Below, piece after piece: positions 22,866-32,099 of a stretch of DNA of 53,667 bases. Each line of letters starts with the position of its first letter. Position 1 is the first letter of the stretch. Where the stretch lies: positions 1-53,667 of the forward strand of contig JAFRVI010000022.1 of NCBI GenBank assembly GCA_017438525.1, given 5' to 3'. The notes beneath the pieces were generated by a model, which did no database searches, was not told the origin of the DNA, and saw nothing but the letters and a program-made list of their open reading frames with translations. The position numbers and the translations under genes are program-made. This DNA is from Clostridia bacterium. Its GTDB lineage: Bacteria > Bacillota > Clostridia > Oscillospirales > RGIG8002.

Positions 22866-23690
22866 TCAGATCTTCTCCAGCTTGTCGGCGATATTGTCGA
22901 GCCAGTCGCCCTCGAAAAGCTCTATCGCGCCCTTGTCGCAGGCGGCGGCGAGCTTCGGGTTTATCGGAATGCGCGAAACGGTGTCGACGCCGAGCTTCTT
23001 CGCGGTTTCGTCAATGCGGCTCTCGCCGAAGATGCTGTGTTTTCCGTGGCAGTCGGGGCATTCGAAGTAGGACATATTCTCAACGACGCCGAGCACGGGG
23101 ACGTTGAGCAGGCCGGCCATCTTGACCGCCTTCTCGACGATCATTCCGACCAGCTCCTGCGGCGAGGTGACGACGATGATGCCGTCGACGGGCAGCGACT
23201 GGAACACCGTCAGCGGCACGTCGCCCGTTCCGGGAGGCATATCGACGAACATAAAGTCCACGTCGCCCCAGACGACGTCCGACCAGAACTGCTTGACTAT
23301 GCCCGCGATGACGGGACCGCGCCAGACGACGGGGTCGCTGTCGTTCTCAAGCAGCAGGTTGACGGACATGACTTTAACGCCCGTCGCGGACTGCGCGGGA
23401 TAGAGGCCGTTTTCGTCGCCCTGCGCCCTGCCCTTTATGCCGAAGGTCTTCGGTATAGAGGGGCCGGTAACGTCGGCGTCGAGGATGCCTACCTGATAAT
23501 CGCGGCGCTTCATCACCGTCGCGAGCAGGGACGTTACCAGCGATTTGCCGACGCCGCCCTTGCCGCTGACGATACCGACGACCTTTTTGACTTCGGAAAG
23601 GTCGTTGAGTTTTTCTTTCAGATCCTGCGGCTCCTGCCTTTCGGCGCAGTTGCTCGCGCAGGTGGAACAATCGTGTGTGCATTCGCTCAT
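22866..23690 (-). CDS. Mrp/NBP35-family iron-sulfur cluster carrier ATPase
   Basis: Deviant Walker A GKGGVGKS, a CPxC-type motif (FECPDCHGK), and an N-terminal Cys-rich segment CTHDCSTCASNC. Confidence 0.9.
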   Translation of the reverse strand: MSECTHDCSTCASNCAERQEPQDLKEKLNDLSEVKKVVGIVSGKGGVGKSLVTSLLATVMKRRDYQVGILDADVTGPSIPKTFGIKGRAQGDENGLYPAQSATGVKVMSVNLLLENDSDPVVWRGPVIAGIVKQFWSDVVWGDVDFMFVDMPPGTGDVPLTVFQSLPVDGIIVVTSPQELVGMIVEKAVKMAGLLNVPVLGVVENMSYFECPDCHGKHSIFGESRIDETAKKLGVDTVSRIPINPKLAAACDKGAIELFEGDWLDNIADKLEKI

Positions 23691-23834
23691 TGCGGTTTAC
23701 CTCCGGTATGTTTTATATTCTGTAACTTATACAGTTTACCACCTTTTTGCCGAAAACGCAACAGCGGAGCGCGGTTTTGTGTATTTTGTCCATTTGTGGA
23801 GCGGATATTAAATTAAATTATACGCCCCGACGGG

Positions 23835-23863
23835 TTGCGGTTTCGCTTTTCATCGGTTATAAT
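23835..23863 (+). promoter_or_regulatory. Possible adhE promoter
   Basis: TTGCGG at 23835-23840, a 17-nt spacer, and TATAAT at 23858-23863. It lies 57 nt before the start codon. Confidence 0.4.
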
Positions 23864-23919
23864 AAGCTCGTGAGAATAAAGCGCCGCGGACGCGGCGGAG
23901 TTCCTATGGAGGAAAGCTT

Positions 23920-26583
23920 ATGAGCAAGAACGAAAGAGTCCCAATAGACAGCGTTGCGGCGCTGGAGGCCGCGATAGCGCGTATCAGAGAAGCGCAGCGC
24001 GTCTTCTCGACCTACACGCAGGAGCAGGTCGACAGGATATTCGCCGCCGCCGCTTCCGCCGCGAACAAGGCGCGGCTGCCGCTCGCGAAGCAGGCGGTCG
24101 CGGAGACCGGAATGGGCGTCGTCGAAGACAAGGTCATCAAAAACAATTACGCCGCCGAATACATCTATAACGCATATAAGGACACCCGTACCTGCGGCGT
24201 TATCGAGCGCGACCCCGCCTTCGGGATCACGCGCATCGCCGAGCCGCTCGGCGTCGTCGCCGCGGTCATCCCCACCACGAACCCGACCTCGACGGCGATC
24301 TTCAAATGCCTGATCGCGCTGAAAACGCGCAACGCGATAATCATCAGCCCGCATCCGCGCGCGAAGAACTGCACCGCCGAGGCGGCGCGCATCATCCGCG
24401 AAGCCGCGGAAGCTGCCGGCGCTCCTAAGGGCGTCATCGACTGGATCGACGCGCCGAGTCTGGATATGACCAACCTGCTGATGAAGGAGGCGGACATCAT
24501 CCTCGCCACCGGCGGCCCCGGAATGGTCAAGGCGGCGTACTCCTCCGGCAAGCCCGCGATCGGCGTCGGCGCCGGAAACACCCCGGCGGTCATCGACGAG
24601 AGCGCGGACGTTATCCTCGCGGTCAATTCCATCATCCACTCAAAGACCTTCGACAACGGAATGATCTGCGCCTCCGAGCAGTCGGTAATCGTTCACAAAA
24701 AGGTCTACGCCGCGGTCAAGGATGAATTCGCGCGCCGCGGCTGCTACTTCCTCAAGGGCGGCGAGCTCGAAAAGGTCAGAAAGACGATCATCATCAACGG
24801 CGCGCTGAACGCCAAAATCGTCGGACAGAGCGCCTTCACGATCGCTTCCCTCGCCGGAGTCAAGGTGCCGGAGGGCACGAAGATACTCATCGGCGAGGTC
24901 GAAAGCGTCGAGCTTTCGGAAGAATTCGCGCACGAAAAGCTCTCGCCGGTGCTCGCGATGTATAAGGCCGAAAACCTCGAAGACGCCTTCGCAAAGGCGG
25001 AGCGCCTCATCGCCGACGGCGGCTACGGCCACACCTCCTCGATCTATCTCGACGAAACCGCCTGCCGAGACCGGCTCGACGCCTTCGCCGCGAGGATGAA
25101 GACCTGCCGCGTGCTCGTCAACACTCCCTCCTCGCACGGCGGGATCGGAGATCTTTATAACTTCAAGCTCGCGCCTTCGCTTACGCTCGGATGCGGCTCC
25201 TGGGGCGGCAACAGCGTCAGCGAAAACGTCGGCGTAAAGCACCTGCTGAATATCAAGACCGTCGCCGAAAGGAGAGAGAATATGCTTTGGTTCAGAGCTC
25301 CCGAAAAGGTTTATATCAAAAAGGGCTGCACGCCCGTCGCGCTTGACGAGCTCAAAAACACGCTCGGCAGAAAGCGCGCCTTCATCGTGACCGACGCTTT
25401 CCTCTACGAGCACGGCTTCACCAAACCCGTGACCGACAAGCTCGACGAGCTCGGCCTTGCGCACGCGACCTTCTTCAACGTCGCGCCCGATCCGACACTC
25501 GCGAGCGCAAAGGAGGGCGCCGCGCAGATGAGCGCCTTCAAGCCCGACTGCATAATCGCGATCGGCGGCGGCTCCGCGATGGACGCCGCTAAGATAATGT
25601 GGGTCCTCTACGAGCATCCGGAAGCCGACTTTATGGATATGGCGATGCGCTTTATCGACATACGCAAGCGCGTTTACACCTTCCCGAAGATGGGCGAAAA
25701 GGCGTATTTCATCGCGATCCCGACCTCCGCAGGCACCGGCTCCGAGGTCACTCCTTTCGCCGTCATCACCGACGAGACGACCGGAGTCAAATACCCGCTC
25801 GCGGACTATGAGCTGCTGCCGAATATGGCGATAATCGACACCGATTTCCATATGAGCGCTCCTAAGGGACTGACCGCCGCCTCCGGCATCGACGCGGTCA
25901 CGCACGCGCTCGAAGCGTACGCCTCCGTTATGGCGACCGACTACACGGACGGCCTTGCGAAGCAGGCGCTGCAGGTCATATTCAAGTACCTGCCCCGCGC
26001 TTACGACGACGGGCAGAACGACGTAGAGGCCCGCGAAAAGATGGCCAACGCCGCGACGATGGCGGGAATGGCGTTCGCCAACGCCTTCCTCGGCGTATGC
26101 CACTCGATGGCGCACAAGCTCGGCGCGTTCCACCATATCGCGCACGGCGTCGCAAACGCGCTGATGATAGAAGAGGTGCTCCGCTTCAACTCCGCCGAGG
26201 CGCCCGCGAAGATGGGCACCTTCCCGCAGTACAGGCATCCGCACGCGCTCGCGCGTTACGCCGAGATCGCCGACGCGCTCGGGCTCGGCGGCAATAACGA
26301 CGCCGAAAAGCTCGAGAACCTCATCGCCGCTGTCAACGCCCTCAAAGCGAGAGTCGGGATCAAGCCGACCATCAGGGATTACGGCGTTGACGAAAAGGAT
26401 TTCCTCGACCGGCTCGACGAAATGACCGAGCAGGCGTTCGACGACCAGTGCACCGGCGCGAATCCCCGCTATCCGCTCATGAGCGAGATAAAGCAGATGT
26501 ACCTCAACGCCTATTACGGCAGACACTTCACCGAAAAAGAGACCCCCGGCGCGAAGAAGCCCGCGCGCCGCGCCAAAGCGTAA
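23920..26583 (+). CDS. adhE: Bifunctional acetaldehyde-CoA / alcohol dehydrogenase
   Basis: 887 aa. The N-terminal ALDH domain has the catalytic Cys context FDNGMICASEQS. The C-terminal iron-ADH domain has GGGSAMDAAK and an HxxxH region. GGAGG RBS. Confidence 0.95.
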   Translation: MSKNERVPIDSVAALEAAIARIREAQRVFSTYTQEQVDRIFAAAASAANKARLPLAKQAVAETGMGVVEDKVIKNNYAAEYIYNAYKDTRTCGVIERDPAFGITRIAEPLGVVAAVIPTTNPTSTAIFKCLIALKTRNAIIISPHPRAKNCTAEAARIIREAAEAAGAPKGVIDWIDAPSLDMTNLLMKEADIILATGGPGMVKAAYSSGKPAIGVGAGNTPAVIDESADVILAVNSIIHSKTFDNGMICASEQSVIVHKKVYAAVKDEFARRGCYFLKGGELEKVRKTIIINGALNAKIVGQSAFTIASLAGVKVPEGTKILIGEVESVELSEEFAHEKLSPVLAMYKAENLEDAFAKAERLIADGGYGHTSSIYLDETACRDRLDAFAARMKTCRVLVNTPSSHGGIGDLYNFKLAPSLTLGCGSWGGNSVSENVGVKHLLNIKTVAERRENMLWFRAPEKVYIKKGCTPVALDELKNTLGRKRAFIVTDAFLYEHGFTKPVTDKLDELGLAHATFFNVAPDPTLASAKEGAAQMSAFKPDCIIAIGGGSAMDAAKIMWVLYEHPEADFMDMAMRFIDIRKRVYTFPKMGEKAYFIAIPTSAGTGSEVTPFAVITDETTGVKYPLADYELLPNMAIIDTDFHMSAPKGLTAASGIDAVTHALEAYASVMATDYTDGLAKQALQVIFKYLPRAYDDGQNDVEAREKMANAATMAGMAFANAFLGVCHSMAHKLGAFHHIAHGVANALMIEEVLRFNSAEAPAKMGTFPQYRHPHALARYAEIADALGLGGNNDAEKLENLIAAVNALKARVGIKPTIRDYGVDEKDFLDRLDEMTEQAFDDQCTGANPRYPLMSEIKQMYLNAYYGRHFTEKETPGAKKPARRAKA

Positions 26584-26594
26584 AGGAGGAGCGT

Positions 26595-27344
26595 ATGAAC
26601 CTTAACGAGATCATCGCAGTCAGAAAAAACAAGACCGTCTACCGCGACGGCGACCGCTGCTTAAAGGTCTTCGACAGCGATTTTTCCAAAGCCGACATCC
26701 TCAACGAGGCGCTCAACCAGGCGCGCGTCGAGGAGACCGGACTGAATATCCCGAAGGTGCTCGAGGTTACGGTCATCGACGGCAAGTGGGCGATCGTTTC
26801 ACAGTTCATCGAGGGCAAAACGCTCGCGCAGCTTATGGACGAACACCCGGAAAAGGTGGACGAATACCTCGCGCTTTTCGTCGACCTCCAGCTCAAAATG
26901 CACGCGCAGACCTGCCCGCTGCTCAACAAGCTGCAGGACAAGATGAACCGCAAGATAAGCGAGACCGACCTTTCCGCGACGGTGCGCTACGAGCTTCACA
27001 CGCGCCTTGAGGCGATGCCGAAGCACAAGAAGCTCTGCCACGGCGACTTCCGCCCCTCCAATATCATCATTACGCCGGACGGCGAGCCGTATATCCTCGA
27101 CTGGTCTCACGCCACGCAGGGCAACGCCTCCGCCGACGCGGCGCGGACGTACCTGCTCTTCTGCCTGAAGGGGCAGGACGCGCTCGCGGAGAAGTATATG
27201 CGCCTTTTCTGCGATAAGAGCGACACCGCGAGGCAGTACGTTCAGAAGTGGCTGCCCATCGTCGCCGCTTCGCAGAGCGTCAAGGGCAACGCCGATGAAC
27301 GCGAGTTCCTCCACCGCTGGGCCGACGTCGTCGACTACGAATAA
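26595..27344 (+). CDS. Aminoglycoside/choline-kinase-like phosphotransferase (APH fold)
   Basis: Brenner-type catalytic motif LCHGDFRPSNIII and a DWSHA metal-binding loop. AAGGAGGA RBS precedes the ATG at 26595, 12 nt after the adhE stop. Confidence 0.75.
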   Translation: MNLNEIIAVRKNKTVYRDGDRCLKVFDSDFSKADILNEALNQARVEETGLNIPKVLEVTVIDGKWAIVSQFIEGKTLAQLMDEHPEKVDEYLALFVDLQLKMHAQTCPLLNKLQDKMNRKISETDLSATVRYELHTRLEAMPKHKKLCHGDFRPSNIIITPDGEPYILDWSHATQGNASADAARTYLLFCLKGQDALAEKYMRLFCDKSDTARQYVQKWLPIVAASQSVKGNADEREFLHRWADVVDYE

Positions 27345-27357
27345 AACCGCATACGAA

Positions 27358-27391
27358 AAGCGCCGGAACGCAAGTTCCGGCGCTTTTTTGT
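27358..27391. terminator. Bidirectional terminator
   Basis: aaagcgccggaac / gttccggcgcttt 13-bp stem followed by a T run. Confidence 0.75.
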
Positions 27392-27405
27392 TATTATCCG
27401 TCAGG

Positions 27406-28488
27406 TCATTCGACGGTAACGTGAGTGGCGGGGTTGCCGTCCGCGCCGAGCACGGTGCAGTCGTAGGCGCCTCTCTCGTTCTTTACGCTCGTTATCTCGC
27501 CGCCGGTGAGCGTGAGATAATCGGAAATGTAGATAGCGGGATCCATCGTGCTGTCTCCGACTATTATCGCGCCGTCGGTGCCGTAGATATCGAGCTTGAC
27601 GCCCTTCTTGACCATGACGCAGGACTGGCTGTTCTCGCCGTTGATAAGCAGGCCGTAGTTTACGTCGCCCGCCTTGCCGAGCGTGAGCGAGCCGTCGCCG
27701 GTAAAGGTCACGCTGCCGCCGTACATCGCGCCCCATAGCACGAGCTGATCGAGGGAGTTATCCCCCTCCAGCTTCACGGTGAAGCCGTTGCCCATGAGGT
27801 TCATATCGAGCACGGAGGCGTTGAAGTTCGTCAGCGTGAGAGTGTTGGTCTCCTTATCGTAGACGGCGTTCGGGCTGCTGCCGAGGGTGTTCGGGCTGAA
27901 GGTGCCGTCGTCCTCGTAGACGCCCATCTGCGACCACGCGCCGCCCATAACGAGATAGGTGTAGCGAGTGTCGCCCTTCGAGTAGAAGCGCACGTATTCC
28001 TCGGAGTTCGCCGTTCCGGTGCCGCTCCATGCGTAGTCGCCGGCGAAATCGGGGTTTAGATTGCCGAGCGTCGGGAAGACGGTGTCGTCCTCCGTCACGA
28101 CAGGCGTCACCGGAGTGACGACCGAGGAACCGCCGGGCGACGGAGTCACGGACGAGCCGCCTCCGAAAAGCGAGTTGCTGCCGAGCGGGTCCGCGCCCGC
28201 GGCGGCGGTCACCACAGACACTATCGCCAGAACGGACGCCGCCTGCATAAGCATAAGCTTCTTCAGCCGCGCGCGCCTGCCGTCCTTCCGGTCGTCGGCG
28301 AGGGCTCCGCTGCCCTGCTTGTATTCGTCGTATATCACGCGCTTCGGCTCTTTGGAAATCAGGCAGTCGTCGTAAAACGGATCCGCCAGCTCCTCGACGT
28401 CGTTGACTGTGCGCGCAAGCTCGTTTTCTTCGGGCGAGAAGTGAAACTCGCTGTCATAAAACTTTTTCACGGTTCGATCAACTCGCAA
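27406..28488 (-). CDS. Type II membrane protein of unknown function (acidic cytoplasmic N-terminus, one TM, Ser/Thr/Pro linker, beta-rich ectodomain)
   Basis: Host-like codon usage. One TM helix LMLMQAASVLAIVSVVTAAAG. I recognise no catalytic motif. Confidence 0.6.
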   Translation of the reverse strand: MRVDRTVKKFYDSEFHFSPEENELARTVNDVEELADPFYDDCLISKEPKRVIYDEYKQGSGALADDRKDGRRARLKKLMLMQAASVLAIVSVVTAAAGADPLGSNSLFGGGSSVTPSPGGSSVVTPVTPVVTEDDTVFPTLGNLNPDFAGDYAWSGTGTANSEEYVRFYSKGDTRYTYLVMGGAWSQMGVYEDDGTFSPNTLGSSPNAVYDKETNTLTLTNFNASVLDMNLMGNGFTVKLEGDNSLDQLVLWGAMYGGSVTFTGDGSLTLGKAGDVNYGLLINGENSQSCVMVKKGVKLDIYGTDGAIIVGDSTMDPAIYISDYLTLTGGEITSVKNERGAYDCTVLGADGNPATHVTVE

Positions 28489-28491
28489 TCA

Positions 28492-29376
28492 TCAATAAGA
28501 GTGAACGTCGACCTGCGGGAACGGGCACTCGACGCCGAGCTTGCGGAAGCCGAGAAGCAGATCGTGGTTGAGCACGCGGGCGCCGGCGTAAAGGTCCTTT
28601 TCGTCGACGTTGACGACGAAGCGGAGCACAACGGAGCTGTCGGCGAGCTGCTGGACGCCGAGGTATTTCGGGGGCATCTTCATCATATCGGTGTGGTTGT
28701 TATAGATCTCTTCCATCAGAGCGGGGATGGCGGCCTCAAGCTTCTCGAGGTCGGTGCCGTAGGGGATCGCGATGTCGCTGACGCTGCGGGAGAGTCTGTC
28801 GGAACGGTTGAGGATCGTCTTTATCGCGGAGTTGTTGACTATCTTGACGTTGTCGCCGGGATCGGTAATGCAGGTCGTGCGGATGCCGATATTGGTAACG
28901 GTGCCGCGGAAGCCGTCGATCTCGACGATGTCGCCGACGTTATACTGATTCTCGAAGATCATGAACGCGCCGGTGACTACGTCCGCGATCAAGCTCTCGG
29001 CGCTGAAGCCGACGACCAGGGCCAAAATGCCGACGCTGGCGACTATCGTGGAGACGTTGACTCCGATAATGGAGAGGCCCCAGCAGATAATGACTATCGC
29101 CGCCACGTATTTCAGCAGGCTGGAGATAACGGAGAGCACGGAGCGGGCGCGGTGGCTCTTCGGATTCGGGATCGAGAGGATGAACGCGAGCAGCGATTCG
29201 ACGACGATGACGCCGAAGATCATAACGAGCAGCTTGACGATGACCTTGCCGCTGATCTCAACGCCGCTGAAGTCGAGGCTGAAGACCTTCGTCGCGTAGC
29301 CGATGCCGACGATCGCGCCGAGCACGACGAGAGCGATTATAAGTCTGATGAGCTTGGATTTGCTTTTCTTTTCCAT
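28492..29376 (-). CDS. Mechanosensitive ion channel (MscS family)
   Basis: Three N-terminal TM helices, then the MscS beta-domain signature (FENQYNVGDIVEIDGFRGTVTNIGIRTT). Confidence 0.85.
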   Translation of the reverse strand: MEKKSKSKLIRLIIALVVLGAIVGIGYATKVFSLDFSGVEISGKVIVKLLVMIFGVIVVESLLAFILSIPNPKSHRARSVLSVISSLLKYVAAIVIICWGLSIIGVNVSTIVASVGILALVVGFSAESLIADVVTGAFMIFENQYNVGDIVEIDGFRGTVTNIGIRTTCITDPGDNVKIVNNSAIKTILNRSDRLSRSVSDIAIPYGTDLEKLEAAIPALMEEIYNNHTDMMKMPPKYLGVQQLADSSVVLRFVVNVDEKDLYAGARVLNHDLLLGFRKLGVECPFPQVDVHSY

Positions 29377-29437
29377 TTGTTTCTACCCCTTTATTATTTA
29401 ATCCGCCTTTGCGGGATAATAACTGTTATATGCGGAG

Positions 29438-32062
29438 CTACGCGAGCTTCGCGGCGCAGCGCAGGATGCGCAGCGTATCGGAAACGGTCGCTTCGCCGTC
29501 GCCGTCCATGTCGGCGAGGCGCTTTTCGGAATCGTAGTATTCCTTCGGGTCGATAGCCATGCGGAGCGAGGCGAGCGCGTCGGTAACGGTGACTTCGCCG
29601 TCGCCGTCAACGTCGCCCTCCGGTCGCCGGACGGCGTCCTTCAGCTCCGGATACACCGTCGCCATCGCGTAGGCGATCCACGAGGAGTGCTCCTGGTTGC
29701 CGACGTCGGAGAACCTGTCCGGATACCACCAGCTCTCCGGGTACATATTGCTCGCCGGAGAGTTCATGAGCATGAACTCGGTCATTTCGTCGACGCGCGC
29801 GGTATCGCCGACCGCCGCGCTGAACATCAGCTCCCACGAATACCCCTTGCCGATGACGTGGTTGCCGTAGCGGCCGGTATCCATATAATAGCAGGCGTCG
29901 AGCATCGGGTATGCGCCGTAGCTGACAGAAGCGATCTCGCGGTACGCCGCGAAGGTATCCCTCATTATCCGCTCGTCCATGCCGTACCAGCCCGCCGCGA
30001 TCGGAGCGAGATTAACCCACGACATACCCTTGATGAATCTGTCGCCGTTCGCGATATCGATAAGCTCCGCGTAAACGCGTTTGCCGTTGACCTCGGTGAC
30101 GAGCGTTTCGTTGATCCCGCCGCGGATGCGCTCGGCGAGCGCGCTCCACTTCGCCGCTTCTTCGGCGTTGCCGAGCGCGGAGTCGAACTCCGCGAATTCG
30201 TGAAACACCTGCGAGGCGTAGGCGTTGGTTATCAGGTCGTAGCACTTCCACTTCCTTCCGTCGCGCGAGTGCTCGAGGAAGTCGTTGCGGATGAGATTCA
30301 GCCCGTCGTCTATGAAGCCGCCCTCGACGTAGGCGTTGACGTAACGCTTGATTATCGGATAGGACTGCGCGATGAACTCCACGTCCTCGGGCGTTTCCGG
30401 AGCCGCGTTCGCGTAGGCAATCCACGCGTGAGCAAGCGCGAGGACGGTATCCGTCTGCGCTTCGGTGCTCTCGAAGGTAACGCGCGTCTTGAACGCTTCG
30501 TAGGACGCTTCGCCGCTTATCGCGACGCCGTTGAGCTTCGTTATCAGGCCCTTATAGTTCTTGCGGCCGTACCACGTTATGCTGCCCTCCGGCGAATCCG
30601 GCGCGGAAAGCGTCAGCGTGTAGCTGCCGTTCCTGACCGGATCGAGCGGCAGGCCGAACTCGAAAACGACGTAGCCCTTAGCGGACGGCAGCTCCGACGC
30701 TTTCAGCTTTACCGTTCCGACGGTGAAACCGTCGCGCTTCAGCTCCGCGTTTATCATGCCGCGTGCGTTATCCTTGCGCGACATCCACACGCCGACGGAG
30801 GTTACGGTCGCGTCATCGCCGCTTATCTCCTGCGAGGCGTAAGCGCTCCCGCCGAGCTTTATAAGCGCCGAATACTGCCCCGGCGACGCGCCGGCGTTGT
30901 TGCCGTATTCGGTTTCTTTCAGGTCGGATATGACGTGGGTCGGGAAGCTGACGCCGAGGTGCCTGTAGACGCTCAGAACGTAGCGCAGCAGGCGGCGCGA
31001 AAGGTCGGTGTCGCCCTGATTCGTATGCATCAGCGACTGGATCGACGTGTCGCGGACGTACATGCAGTCGTAAAGCCCAGTCACCGACGTCGGAGAATAG
31101 CCGGACGACGTGATGCGGTTTTTCATCGAGGCGTATGAGTTGGCGTAAAGCTCACGGAGCAGCACGGGCTTCAGCAGCAGCGTCAGCGTTCTGATCTGCT
31201 CCTTCTTTTGCGCCTCGGTGCCGCTTTCGAGCGCGGCTTTCGCCGCGATAAGCTCCGCCGCGTATTCGCCGTCGGCGTCGGTCTCCTCGAGCTTGGATAT
31301 CAGCTTGTCGAGCCCTCTGCCGGACGGCGGCTCTTTGTAAAGCTTGAAGTCGGAAACGTAATAGGTCGCTCCGGCGTTTATCTTCTGATTATCGAAGATG
31401 ATGTCTATCGAATTGAGCTTTGCGAACTCTTCGCGGAGACCGCCCTGCTCCCACCAGACGTAGCCGCCGTGGAGCACGCTGAACTGCACCTTCACGTAGC
31501 CGTTCTCGTCCGGGAACAGCATCGCGGTGCGGAAGTACGGGCCGATGCCGTACTGATTGTAAATCGCCTGATGCTCCTCGTCGCCCTGATAGCCGTAAGG
31601 CCCTCCGCACGGCGAACGGCGCATTATAACAAATATCGCGTCTGTGTAGCCGTCGACGCGGAACATGAAGCCGTCGTATTCGCTCAGGTTCATGCCGCAG
31701 TTGAAGGTCTTTCCGCCGACGTCGGCGAGTCCGTCGTAGAACAGCTCGTCTTTGACGTGCATGTGGCGCGAGGTCGAGATCGCCTTGATACCGGTGGAGG
31801 TGACGTCGAGCCGCAGCGCGCGGGGGACTCCCTGCGAGGCGAGCTCGTCGGTGAAGTCCGCGGTGCGCGGATCGAAGCCGGTCATCAGCAGCTGCTGCAG
31901 CTCCGACTTATCGAACTGCTCGAACGCGGGCAGCGGCGTGAAATCGTAGCCCTCGTAGGCGTCGGGCATCTCCTCCGCCTTAACGTGAGTACGCGGCGCA
32001 GGCAGCGTCAGGCACCCGAGCGCGAAAAGGCATATGAGTATTATCGCGAGCGCAATTTTCAT
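29438..32062 (-). CDS. Secreted dockerin-bearing protein, probably an (alpha/alpha)6-barrel glycoside-hydrolase-like enzyme of unassigned family
   Basis: Signal peptide MKIALAIILICLFALGCLTLPA. The C-terminal type I dockerin has duplicated Ca-binding loops (GDVDGDGEVTVTDALASLR and DMDGDGEATVSDTLRILR). The central helical-repeat region has aromatic- and acid-rich motifs. Confidence 0.75.
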   Translation of the reverse strand: MKIALAIILICLFALGCLTLPAPRTHVKAEEMPDAYEGYDFTPLPAFEQFDKSELQQLLMTGFDPRTADFTDELASQGVPRALRLDVTSTGIKAISTSRHMHVKDELFYDGLADVGGKTFNCGMNLSEYDGFMFRVDGYTDAIFVIMRRSPCGGPYGYQGDEEHQAIYNQYGIGPYFRTAMLFPDENGYVKVQFSVLHGGYVWWEQGGLREEFAKLNSIDIIFDNQKINAGATYYVSDFKLYKEPPSGRGLDKLISKLEETDADGEYAAELIAAKAALESGTEAQKKEQIRTLTLLLKPVLLRELYANSYASMKNRITSSGYSPTSVTGLYDCMYVRDTSIQSLMHTNQGDTDLSRRLLRYVLSVYRHLGVSFPTHVISDLKETEYGNNAGASPGQYSALIKLGGSAYASQEISGDDATVTSVGVWMSRKDNARGMINAELKRDGFTVGTVKLKASELPSAKGYVVFEFGLPLDPVRNGSYTLTLSAPDSPEGSITWYGRKNYKGLITKLNGVAISGEASYEAFKTRVTFESTEAQTDTVLALAHAWIAYANAAPETPEDVEFIAQSYPIIKRYVNAYVEGGFIDDGLNLIRNDFLEHSRDGRKWKCYDLITNAYASQVFHEFAEFDSALGNAEEAAKWSALAERIRGGINETLVTEVNGKRVYAELIDIANGDRFIKGMSWVNLAPIAAGWYGMDERIMRDTFAAYREIASVSYGAYPMLDACYYMDTGRYGNHVIGKGYSWELMFSAAVGDTARVDEMTEFMLMNSPASNMYPESWWYPDRFSDVGNQEHSSWIAYAMATVYPELKDAVRRPEGDVDGDGEVTVTDALASLRMAIDPKEYYDSEKRLADMDGDGEATVSDTLRILRCAAKLA

Positions 32063-32099
32063 AGGCGTGTCCCTCCAGAGTGTTTTTTCGGTCGTTTTG

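Noticed and set aside
24640-26526. A 628-aa minus-strand ORF.
   Set aside because: It is entirely antisense to adhE, whose identity is unambiguous. Its composition (R/A/G/V/E) is typical of shadow ORFs in high-GC DNA.
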